A stretch of DNA of 32,000 nucleotides from Pseudoalteromonas translucida KMM 520 (GCF_001465295.1 NZ_CP011034.1:450001-482000), one strand, 5' to 3'. Shown: positions 7,264-15,275, counted from the first letter of the stretch. Notes: a model not told the origin generated them from the letters alone. A program made the numbers and translations.

Positions 7264-8741
7264 TAAATACGTCCCCTTGGTCCTAAAGAAAGGCAGTTAG
7301 CGAGTTGTAATGGTCATATATGTAAAATCCTAGTATTTATCTTATCAACTTTTGCCGTAAAACACCGTTCCTTTAGGTCGGTGATATAAGGCAATAGTCG
7401 CGAAGCGACTAAGTGGGTTGTTCCTTTTTGATTGACTGTATATAATAACAGTATGATTATTCGCAAAGCTTATAAATTTCGTTTAAAAACAACACCCGAT
7501 ATTAACGCTAAAATGGCGCAATATGCGGGAAATTGTCGATTCTTGTGGAATAAAGCCCTAGCGATTAACTTATTTAAGTTACAGAATAAACAAAAAATTT
7601 GCTACTACCAAGAGTTGGATTTCTTTTCTAAACTTTGGAAAAAAAGCGAGGAGTATGGCTTTTTAACACTATCGCCCGCACAAACTATCCAACAAACATT
7701 GAAACAGCTTGAACGCGCCTTTAAAGACGCATTCGATAAAAACCAACCACTCAAACGGATGCCTACTTTTAAGAAAAAAGGAGAGGTGAATAGCTTTAGT
7801 TTTCCTCAAGGCTTTAAAATCGACAAGAATGGGAAACGTATTTTTTTACCTAAAATCGGTTGGGTTAATGTTAGAAAAAGCCAAGCTATTTTAGGAAAAG
7901 CTAAAAACGTCACTGTTTCACAAAAAGGAAAGCACTGGTTTGTTTCAATCCAAGTTGAACAAGAAGTAGCACCACCTAAGCACCCATCAAACGCCATGAT
8001 TGGGGGAGATTTAGGCGTGAAACGCCTAATTACCCTTTCTGATGGCAGTTTTGTGGAGCCGATAGATACCAGCAAACAGACAATCAGGATCAAACGATTA
8101 CAGAAGCAACTTGCTAGAAAAGTGAAATTTTCAAGTAACTGGAAAAAATTAAAAGCAAAGATCACAACATTTCATACGAAAGTTGCCAATATTCGTCATG
8201 ACAAATTACATAAGATCTCAACACAGTTGAGCAAAAGCCACGCAATCATCGTGCTAGAAGATCTTAAAATTAGAAATATGACGAAAAACAGCAAAGGCAA
8301 CAGTGAGCAGCATGGAAAAATGGTGAAACAAAAATCTGGCTTAAACCGCGTCATTCTCAATCAAGGATGGGGAATGTTTAAAGAGATGCTGAAATATAAG
8401 CAGGATTGGCTCGGCGGTCAGGTTATTTTTGTTGATCCGAAACATACCAGTCAAACGTGTCCGGCGTGTGGTCATCAATCAAAAGATAACCGATTAACGC
8501 AGTCTAAGTTTGAATGTGCGAAGTGCGGTTATCAAGATAATGCGGATCATGTTGGCGCATTAAATATTTTAGCGCGAGGTCATCGCGTTCTAGCCTGTGG
8601 AGAGATTGACATTAGTCAGCTTGTTGAAGCAGGAACTTGCCTTATGAGTGATCACAAGGCCCCGATGGTTTTAAACTAATCGGAATCCCCCTCCTTTCCT
8701 GAACTTGTTCAGGCGCTTGGCGAGGTGGTGGAGGATGTCAA
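7263..8741 (+). mobile_element. IS200/IS605-family (IS1341-like) tnpB-only element; right end well supported, left end uncertain
   Basis: The element holds a single tnpB ORF and no Y1 tnpA ORF nearby. The proposed right end ...GGAGGATGTCAA (ending 8741) is supported by a second, independent copy of the same end structure at 29709..29752. The proposed left end follows TTAC (7259..7262) where the flanking direct repeat stops, by analogy with IS608 (TTAC on the left, TCAA on the right). The left boundary could lie anywhere between 7263 and ~7430. Confidence 0.55.
7453..8679 (+). CDS. tnpB: TnpB (IS605 OrfB-family RNA-guided endonuclease)
   Basis: Typical N-terminus MIIRKAYKFRLKTTPD. RuvC triad candidates are IGGDLGVKRL, IIVLEDLKIRNM and NADHVGALNIL. 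Zinc ribbon CPACGH...CAKCG. The preferred start is ATG 7453; the track start at 7432 is a TTG extension. Confidence 0.9.
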   Translation: MIIRKAYKFRLKTTPDINAKMAQYAGNCRFLWNKALAINLFKLQNKQKICYYQELDFFSKLWKKSEEYGFLTLSPAQTIQQTLKQLERAFKDAFDKNQPLKRMPTFKKKGEVNSFSFPQGFKIDKNGKRIFLPKIGWVNVRKSQAILGKAKNVTVSQKGKHWFVSIQVEQEVAPPKHPSNAMIGGDLGVKRLITLSDGSFVEPIDTSKQTIRIKRLQKQLARKVKFSSNWKKLKAKITTFHTKVANIRHDKLHKISTQLSKSHAIIVLEDLKIRNMTKNSKGNSEQHGKMVKQKSGLNRVILNQGWGMFKEMLKYKQDWLGGQVIFVDPKHTSQTCPACGHQSKDNRLTQSKFECAKCGYQDNADHVGALNILARGHRVLACGEIDISQLVEAGTCLMSDHKAPMVLN

Positions 8742-8787
8742 ACATGAGTAAAACAGGCATTTTCACGCATAAACACTCGCGCTTACG
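8742..8787 (+). repeat. right copy of the 46-47-nt direct repeat flanking the tnpB element
   Basis: acatgagtaaaacaggcattttcacgcataaacactcgcgcttacg starts immediately after the TCAA of the proposed right end. Its 3' part is the first unit of the 20-bp tandem array. Confidence 0.8.
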
Positions 8788-8851
8788 CATAAACACTCGC
8801 GCTTACGCATAAACACTCGCGCTTACGCATAAACACTCGCGCTTACGCATA
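8765..8851 (+). repeat. perfect 20-bp tandem repeat, 4.35 copies (acgcataaacactcgcgctt)
   Basis: Units at 8765, 8785, 8805 and 8825 are identical, and a partial fifth unit (acgcata) starts at 8845. More degenerate units follow (ttacgctctaaaccactc at 8864..8881, ttacgcaagaacacca at 8955..8970). Confidence 0.95.
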
Positions 8852-9012
8852 GAACCGGTGATTTTACGCTCTAAACCACTCTAATTTTATTAGGTTATTA
8901 CAAATAGTCATCATGTACCATTATGGATATTTTACAAAAGTGATATTGGCGGTTTTACGCAAGAACACCACACTATACCTATCGACCTCATCTCATTTTG
9001 TCGTGTATAGCG

Positions 9013-9107
9013 CGTCGAGCATTGATATTTACTTTTACATTCACTATTTGCTGGTGAACGGCGATAAAATCGCTGATTTGAGAGCGGCAGAACTACTCAC
9101 TGGTTGT
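9013..9107 (+). repeat. ~95-nt direct repeat, copy A (downstream flank of the lipoprotein gene)
   Basis: Shares identical blocks with 10298..10398: cttttacattcactattt (18/18), tcgctgatttgag (13/13) and actcactggttgt (13/13), plus cgtcgagca.tga. Confidence 0.8.
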
Positions 9108-9256
9108 TTGCTGTTTGGCTCTATTGTTATCGATGTTGACTTGTCTATCATCAACATAGGTATGAGTTTGTGCTTTGTAATAATAGTTTACGAGGTATCA
9201 GTATTGGATAGATACGCTGCATGAGGCAACGTACCTATAGTTTTGAAGTGCTTTAA

Positions 9257-10003
9257 TTAAGAGTTAATTACTTTAGCTATTTTCGCTTCTACGCTTTTGA
9301 TAATTGAAGCAACATCAATCACGTTATTGTTTGATTTTTGAGTTTGTACTACTGCATTTACCACTACTTTAGAGCCGTTTCTGTATGGGAATGACTCTAC
9401 TAGCATAACAACTTTAGCGCCTTCAACGTCAAGCATGTAATAATCATCTAAAGCAAGCTTAGAGTTACTACCGTAAATACGGAAATTTTTACGTACTTTG
9501 TTCATTAAACGGTCAAAGTTTGCTTTAACCGATTGAGAAGGGTATTCAGAGTCTATTTCAAACTTAGTTTTAAACTGAGTATTTGATAGGTAGTCAACAA
9601 TATCCATACTAGGAACTGGAAAAGGAAGTATTAAACCTTGTTGATAAGAGGACATCTTAGCAGGCTGGTATGTAACGATATTTGAATCTGAAGTGCGTTC
9701 AGTTGTCTCATTAATTGTGTATACAGCGCCTGATCCAATTGCTCCGTTATGAGTACGTTTTTCAACAATAACATTTCCAGCCTCATTGCCAAGCTTGATG
9801 CTGCCATACTTAGTACAACCTTTGTCACCATAGCTTTCACATTTATCATATGTGTTAAAGCTAATATCGATTGGTTGATTTAGTGGTAGCTTGTAGCTAA
9901 CAGCAGGCAAGTTTGTGAGTGGAACATCTGCTGGCGGTGGTGTTGATTTACACGCGGCTAATGCTGATGCGAATAATGCGACTGTAATTACTTTTTTAAA
10001 CAT
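9257..10003 (-). CDS. lipoprotein of unknown function
   Basis: Signal peptide with lipobox: MFKKVITVALFASALAAC|KS. An AGGA SD lies upstream. I see no recognisable catalytic motif. Confidence 0.75.
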   Translation of the reverse strand: MFKKVITVALFASALAACKSTPPPADVPLTNLPAVSYKLPLNQPIDISFNTYDKCESYGDKGCTKYGSIKLGNEAGNVIVEKRTHNGAIGSGAVYTINETTERTSDSNIVTYQPAKMSSYQQGLILPFPVPSMDIVDYLSNTQFKTKFEIDSEYPSQSVKANFDRLMNKVRKNFRIYGSNSKLALDDYYMLDVEGAKVVMLVESFPYRNGSKVVVNAVVQTQKSNNNVIDVASIIKSVEAKIAKVINS

Positions 10004-10297
10004 TTTCTATCCTTTTTTAGAGTGAGATCCTTACACTTCCTATGCCTTGTATTTTTTGAACAAAAAACTACAAGGTTCTAACGCATTAAGAAGTAAAAAG
10101 ATTCTAATAATATTCCTTAGTAACTTCAACTGGTATTGTTGGTTTTAGTTGGTAATAAACGATGAGAGAACAATCTTAGCGCCGGTTTACTGATAGCTTT
10201 GTTTTTTTTTCGTTAAGAGCTTCACTTTTTGACTCAATTATTTACGCCAAACAAAGGCTTTTAGTTACCGTTTTTTACTTTTTTATACGCTAAAGAA

Positions 10298-10398
10298 CGT
10301 CGAGCACTGAGTCTTTTACATTCACTATTTCACCTATTGCACGTGAAGCTACGATAAAAATCGCTGATTTGAGCGCGCCAAAACGACTCACTGGTTGT
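10298..10398 (+). repeat. ~100-nt direct repeat, copy B (upstream flank of the lipoprotein gene)
   Basis: See copy A. It lies in the same orientation, 1285 bp away. Confidence 0.8.
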
Positions 10399-10448
10399 GA
10401 TTTTAACGCGTAAATCAGCCTTAAATTAGGTAAAGAATTGCCTTCCCA

Positions 10449-10651
10449 TATAATAAAAAAGTGAATTTTTACACTTTTTTATCTCAGACTTTTAGCTGCT
10501 AAGACCCTATAAAATTTCCATATTGAGACATTGTGGATCCTTTTTTATGGGCATTAATTGATACATCGGGATATTAAAAATTGAATTTTTACACTTTTTT
10601 ATCTCAGACATTTAGTGTGCTAGCGTGTCGTAAATAGCCAGATTGAGACAC
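10449..10651 (+). repeat. tandem duplication with an exact 120-bp period (two ~83-nt homologous units)
   Basis: 10451..10495 (taataaaaaagtgaatttttacacttttttatctcagacttttag) matches 10571..10615 (atattaaaaattgaatttttacacttttttatctcagacatttag) almost exactly. Both units end in ..cca.attgagaca. Each unit contains the inverted repeat AAAAAGTG-n8-CACTTTTT (10456..10479 in unit 1). Confidence 0.85.
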
Positions 10652-10740
10652 TTTCCACTCGCATTTTTCACGATTAAAACTGTCTCAAATTGCCAAATTT
10701 AGATGTTTTACTGTCTCATTTAAAAAGCTAGAAAGCGCGC

Positions 10741-10764
10741 AAAGCCTTGCTGTGCAAGGCTTTT
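10741..10764. terminator. strong hairpin, possible terminator downstream of the minus-strand thioesterase gene
   Basis: AAAGCCTTGC-tgt-GCAAGGCTTT, a 10-bp perfect stem with a 3-nt loop. The flanking U-tracts are weak on both strands, so terminator function is uncertain. Confidence 0.4.
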
Positions 10765-10898
10765 GGGGGAGGGAGGTGTTTTCTTCTAATAGCGGGAACT
10801 ATTTAAACTAAATACTCAACACCATTCCGGCACAAAAAGTGAATAGCTTCTAAAGTGTTGAGTGATCGTGATAGATGAGTATATAGGTGCTCTATATT

Positions 10899-11297
10899 TT
10901 AGATATTGAAGTTACTAATAGTACCCAGCGCAGCTGCAACTAACTTTTCACCCTCCTCATTGACAACATAAATCTTACATTCACATGTTGCTTGTTTTCT
11001 TCCTGAGGATAGAACCGTGGAGCGAGCAATGAGTAACTTGCCTATAGCTGGGCGAACGTAACTAATTTTATACTCCGATGTTATACATTTATCAAATACG
11101 GTAGCCGCTGCAAATGTTATGCAATTATCAGCTAAATAACTCAGCACACCGCCATGAACGAACCCATAGTTCTGTGTTAATTTATTGCTTATTTTTAAAG
11201 ATAATTCTGCTTTACCAAGACTTAACTCAGTTAATTCAGTCCCTAATAATCTACTGAATGGTTGATCCTGAAGTATTTTATTCCCTTTTTCGAACAT
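10899..11297 (-). CDS. PaaI/hotdog-fold acyl-CoA thioesterase
   Basis: Typical PaaI-type blocks: PFSRLLGTELTEL...GKAELSL and GFVHGGVLSYLADNCITFAA. The preferred start is ATG 11297 (MFEKGNK...). The track start at 11363 is a GTG with no SD. Confidence 0.75.
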   Translation of the reverse strand: MFEKGNKILQDQPFSRLLGTELTELSLGKAELSLKISNKLTQNYGFVHGGVLSYLADNCITFAAATVFDKCITSEYKISYVRPAIGKLLIARSTVLSSGRKQATCECKIYVVNEEGEKLVAAALGTISNFNI

Positions 11298-11776
11298 TGA
11301 ATATGCTTGCCTTAATATAAAATTGTGATGAATAAGCCCTAAACGAAGAATGTAATGAAACACATTTCTAGAATATATATTTTATCGAAAAAAACTTAAA
11401 AAACCCAGCGTTCAGAGCAAAGTGATGTTACAGGATCGTTCACATTCGCCTAATACTATTCAAAAGCCAGTCGTTCAGCTCTTTTCATTATTAGGTTTTA
11501 ATCATTTGCACGTATTTAATTTTGTAAACATTACTTATAAGCACTTTAAAGTTCACTTATGTATCTTGCTGGTGGTTTTTTTTGATACTTCATCGTTAAT
11601 GTGCTTTTTAACTGAATAATTTAAAGTTCTTTAAAATCAATTAATTGCAAGGTTTGTTGGTGATCGAGTTGCCTGGGGATGTATTAGTTGTTAATGGTTG
11701 TTAATTTATGTTGAATTTATGCATACATCTCTGTATCTTTATTTTGTTGAAAAATAAAAATGACAGAGGAAAAATA

Positions 11777-12805
11777 ATGAATATATTTAAAAAACTAATA
11801 CTAGGGGCTGCGCTTACTTTGGGTTCAGGGGCTTGTTTAGCTGCGGATGTAACCCTTAGGTACAATCAGTGGTTCCCATCTCAACATTGGTCACAAAAAG
11901 ATGGATTATATAAATACTTTGAAGAAATAGAAAAAGTAACAGAGGGGCGTGTGAAAGTTCGCCCATCTGCTAAGCCTCTTGCACCACCTACAAAAAACTA
12001 CCAAGCTGTATTAAGTGGAATTGCAGATATAGCATGGGGTCCACATGGCTATACACCTGGAGCTTTCTTATTAACTGAAATGGTGGAGTTTCCTTTTTTA
12101 ACTTACGATGCTGGGATCAGTTCAAAAGCATATTGGCGTACATATAAAAAGTTTTTTGAGCCTACTGGTATGCAGGATGGCGTTATCACTCTAGCAATGC
12201 ATGTTACTTCAGGCGGTAATATACATATGCGAACAGAGGACATCTCAACACCAGATGATTTTTATGGTAAAAAAATGCGTGTCCAAACAAGTGTGTTAGG
12301 TAATGCTTTGCAGTCGTTAGGGGCTGTTCCAATATCAGGCTCTCTGTCAGAACTTCGAGAGTTTTTATCTAGAGGGATTATCGACGGAACTATGCTGTCT
12401 GATGAATTACTCTACGGATTTAAAGTAAATAAATATGTAAACAAAGTCACTCAAATTCCAGGTGGCATTTATACAAACAGCGCTTTTATTATTATGAATA
12501 AGCAGAAATGGGAGAGAATTAGTTTAAAAGATCGTACTGCGATTATGGAAATATCGGGGGAAAAGTTATCAGTAAAAATGGGGCGTTTATGGCATGAAAA
12601 CGATATTGATGCACGTGCAAAGCTTATTGAATCATTAGGCGATGATTATCAAGTTGCCAGTGAAAGCTTAATTAAAGCGATTGATACTTCTTTTGAAGAA
12701 GGGCGTACAAGATGGTTTGAAAAAGCGAAAGAGCAAGGAATTAACGGTGAACAGGCTCTGGACTATTATAAAAAGTTAGTAATTAACTTAGATTCTAAAC
12801 TTTAA
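11777..12805 (+). CDS. TRAP transporter substrate-binding protein (DctP family)
   Basis: Signal peptide MNIFKKLILGAALTLGSGACLAADV. It is followed directly by DctQ- and DctM-type membrane genes. The preferred start is ATG 11777, after an AGAGGA SD; the track start at 11708 adds a non-signal extension. Confidence 0.8.
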   Translation: MNIFKKLILGAALTLGSGACLAADVTLRYNQWFPSQHWSQKDGLYKYFEEIEKVTEGRVKVRPSAKPLAPPTKNYQAVLSGIADIAWGPHGYTPGAFLLTEMVEFPFLTYDAGISSKAYWRTYKKFFEPTGMQDGVITLAMHVTSGGNIHMRTEDISTPDDFYGKKMRVQTSVLGNALQSLGAVPISGSLSELREFLSRGIIDGTMLSDELLYGFKVNKYVNKVTQIPGGIYTNSAFIIMNKQKWERISLKDRTAIMEISGEKLSVKMGRLWHENDIDARAKLIESLGDDYQVASESLIKAIDTSFEEGRTRWFEKAKEQGINGEQALDYYKKLVINLDSKL

Positions 12806-12835
12806 ATTTCACTTTATATAATTCTGGGGAAATTG

Positions 12836-13324
12836 ATGCACAAAAAGCTACTAAAAAGCATTGAATCTATTTGTAATAAGATTTGTATCTATTCGCTACT
12901 ATTGATGGCATTGGTTACATTCACAGACGTTTTTGGGCGACTATTTTTTAATGAGCCTTTAGGTTTTGCATATGAGTTAGTGGCTATATTATTAGCCATC
13001 TCTTTTTATGCAGGACTTTGCCAAGTCAATAGGAAGCGTCAGCATATTCAAATTGATTTACTAAATAAATATTTTAAAGGAACAATTGGAGTCATTCTAA
13101 ATTGGTTCTGCTACTTAGTTGAACTCACCTTCTTTACGGCACTAGTAGTAATGGTATATGAGCAAGTTGTAATGTCAGCTGATTTTGGTGAGGTATTCAT
13201 GTTTCTGAATGTAGAAAAATGGAAAGTGCTAGCGCTTATATTTGGGTTGGCATTTGTTTCTCTGATTAGTTTACTACAAGCGTTTCCGGCAGCTGGAAGA
13301 GTAAATATGGAAGGAAGTCGCTAA
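12836..13324 (+). CDS. TRAP transporter small permease (DctQ family)
   Basis: ~162 aa with four hydrophobic segments. It sits between the P and M components, and its stop overlaps the next start (TAATG at 13322..13326). Confidence 0.8.
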   Translation: MHKKLLKSIESICNKICIYSLLLMALVTFTDVFGRLFFNEPLGFAYELVAILLAISFYAGLCQVNRKRQHIQIDLLNKYFKGTIGVILNWFCYLVELTFFTALVVMVYEQVVMSADFGEVFMFLNVEKWKVLALIFGLAFVSLISLLQAFPAAGRVNMEGSR

Positions 13325-14610
13325 TGGTAATGTCAATAGTGTTTATAATACTACTCGTTATGCTATTTATTCGAGTACCAATTGCGATTGCAACAGGAGG
13401 ACTCGGAATTTTAGGTTTGGCCTACTATCAAGGATGGGCTATAGCTTTAAGTCAGCTAGGGATGATCGCTACAGAAACAGTACTTTCCTATGAGTTCGCG
13501 GTTATTCCATTATTTATTTTAATGGGTAATATTATCAGTCGCTCGGGGTTAGCTGAAGAGCTTTATAATGCAACGAATGCAATCGTGGGGCACTATCGAG
13601 GAGGTCTGGCTATTACAACTATTGGAGCTTCTGGCGGTTTTAGTACTTTTTGTGGTTCAAGCTTTGCTACGGCAGCAACGATGGCTAAAATCGCTTATCC
13701 ATCGATGAAAAAGTTTGGCTATAGTGATGAATTATCTACAGGTTCTATCGCTGCAGGAGGGACGCTTGGTATATTAATACCGCCTTCAATAGCCTTGGTT
13801 TTTTATGGGATTATAACTGAGACTGATATAGGTGAATTGTTCATTGCTGGGGCATTACCAGGTATTCTTGGAGTTATACTTTATGTTTGTGCTGTGCTGG
13901 TTGTTGTGCATTTCTCTGATAGTAAAGCGCAAGAATGTGAAGAAGTTAGCTTTCGAGAGAAGCTGCAAGCTTTAAGTCAACTATGGGCATTTAGTTTATT
14001 AGTAATATCAGTGTTAGGTGGGATTTACTTCGGTTTATTCTCACCTACTGAAGCCGCAGGAATAGGATCAGTGGGGGCAATATTTATCACAGTCTTACGA
14101 GGAAAGTTTTCATTTAAAAGTTTACTCGAAGCCCTTGATGATTCCGCATCTACAACCGTAACGCTTATAGCTATACTTATCGGCTCTTTAGTATTTGCTA
14201 ACTTAGTAAATGTATCTGATCTACCTTTTGATATTGTTGATTGGATTGAAGGTATGGAAATGGGGTTATTTGGTGTTTTATTCGTTATCTTATTAATCTA
14301 CTTTGTCTTAGGCGCAGTTTTAGAATCAATCTCAATGCTATTACTAACTGTTCCCGTTTTCTTTCCTATCGTATCAGGAATGGGAATGGACCCAATTTGG
14401 TTTGGTATCATAGTGGTGGTTGCAACGGAGATAAGTTTAATAACACCGCCTGTAGGGCTTAATGTATTTGTACTTAAATCAGTACTACCTAAAGTGGAGT
14501 TGAAAACTATTTTTAAAGGAGTATTTCCATTTGTTATAGCAGACCTTATTCGCTTGGCTATTTTATTAGCATTCCCAAGCATATCGCTATTTTTGGTACA
14601 GCAGATGTAG
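13324..14610 (+). CDS. TRAP transporter large permease (DctM family)
   Basis: A 428-aa polytopic membrane protein, translationally coupled to the DctQ-like gene. Confidence 0.85.
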   Translation: MVMSIVFIILLVMLFIRVPIAIATGGLGILGLAYYQGWAIALSQLGMIATETVLSYEFAVIPLFILMGNIISRSGLAEELYNATNAIVGHYRGGLAITTIGASGGFSTFCGSSFATAATMAKIAYPSMKKFGYSDELSTGSIAAGGTLGILIPPSIALVFYGIITETDIGELFIAGALPGILGVILYVCAVLVVVHFSDSKAQECEEVSFREKLQALSQLWAFSLLVISVLGGIYFGLFSPTEAAGIGSVGAIFITVLRGKFSFKSLLEALDDSASTTVTLIAILIGSLVFANLVNVSDLPFDIVDWIEGMEMGLFGVLFVILLIYFVLGAVLESISMLLLTVPVFFPIVSGMGMDPIWFGIIVVVATEISLITPPVGLNVFVLKSVLPKVELKTIFKGVFPFVIADLIRLAILLAFPSISLFLVQQM

Positions 14611-14639
14611 TTTAGCTTTATTAAATAGGCGTATTAGAT

Positions 14640-14667
14640 AAAGGACATACCAATTAGTGTGTCCTTT
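14640..14667. terminator. hairpin between convergent dctM-like and tetR-like genes (putative bidirectional terminator)
   Basis: AAAGGACA-n12-TGTCCTTT, an 8-bp stem flanked by A/T-rich sequence. Confidence 0.45.
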
Positions 14668-14696
14668 ATATAAATTATCAACTTTCTCAGGAATAA

Positions 14697-15275
14697 TTAT
14701 GATGAATGATTATTGCTCAGTGAAGAGAGTAACTCCATAATTCTCTCTCCCTGATCCTGTGATTCGGACGTGTTTCTATCTACGGGTAAAAGTGATGTCA
14801 TTACTAAATAAGAATAAAATAAAAAAGCAAGATCTTCAGATTTCTGCTTATCGTTGGTCATTTCAGTAAATAGCGACTGTATGAAAGACACCCTATACTT
14901 ATCAATCTCTTCAAGAGTTGCTCTTGCAACTTTATCTCTTCGCGCCCAAGCACGTAAAGCTAACTCTGTAGAAGCTGCATCATATGCGCGCTTACCTTTT
15001 AAAGGCAGGGCAGCAAGGCTAATAAGTTGCTCTTTAGGCGAAGTGTGTTTAATACGCAAACTTGAAATAACTGATTCTGTAGCACTCGTTCTCCACTTAT
15101 CCAGTACAGCAGTCAATAACTCTTCTCTATTACTGAAGTGATAATAAAAGCTGCCTCTCGTTATTTTTAACTCTTTAGCTAAATTATCAATTTTTACATG
15201 ACTGATACCTCCACCAGATACTAAAACATTAGTAGCAGCTTCTATCCAGTCATCTTTTGTTAGACGTTTTTTCAC
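14697..15275 (-). CDS. TetR-family transcriptional regulator
   Basis: TetR N-terminal HTH: VKIDNLAKELKITRGSFYYHFSNREELL. GTG start with an AGGA SD 6-7 nt upstream. Confidence 0.85.
   Translation of the reverse strand: MKKRLTKDDWIEAATNVLVSGGGISHVKIDNLAKELKITRGSFYYHFSNREELLTAVLDKWRTSATESVISSLRIKHTSPKEQLISLAALPLKGKRAYDAASTELALRAWARRDKVARATLEEIDKYRVSFIQSLFTEMTNDKQKSEDLAFLFYSYLVMTSLLPVDRNTSESQDQGERIMELLSSLSNNHSS

Noticed and set aside
8765-8851. CRISPR array interpretation of the 20-bp repeats.
   Set aside because: The units are directly abutting with no spacers, and there are no cas genes. This is a simple tandem repeat.
8913-9224. 103-aa ORF between the tandem array and the lipoprotein gene.
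   Set aside because: It runs through direct-repeat copy A (9013..9107). Its sister copy at 10298..10398 is not in any ORF. There is no SD and no recognisable motif, so the region is more likely non-coding repeat DNA.
9013-10398. Integron attC / gene-cassette interpretation of the ~100-nt repeats flanking the lipoprotein gene.
   Set aside because: I could not find the RYYYAAC...GTTRRRY inverted core sites or the imperfect internal dyad expected of attC. No intI-type gene is adjacent, and the gene is in the opposite orientation. It is kept only as a loose analogy.
10004-10898. tRNA or tmRNA gene as the island attachment site at the junction.
   Set aside because: Reading both strands, I found no cloverleaf-compatible sequence (no GTTCRANYC T-loop box with matching acceptor stems). 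The only strong structure is the simple hairpin at 10741..10764.
11364-11776. ORF 11422..11619 (65 aa), and the N-terminal extensions offered by the track at 11708, 11363, 7432, 17922, 20477, 22156, 12833 and 4121.
   Set aside because: These alternative (often TTG/GTG) starts lack an SD and add sequence that overlaps the upstream gene or precedes an obvious signal peptide or conserved N-terminus. Internal ATG starts with SD sequences fit better.
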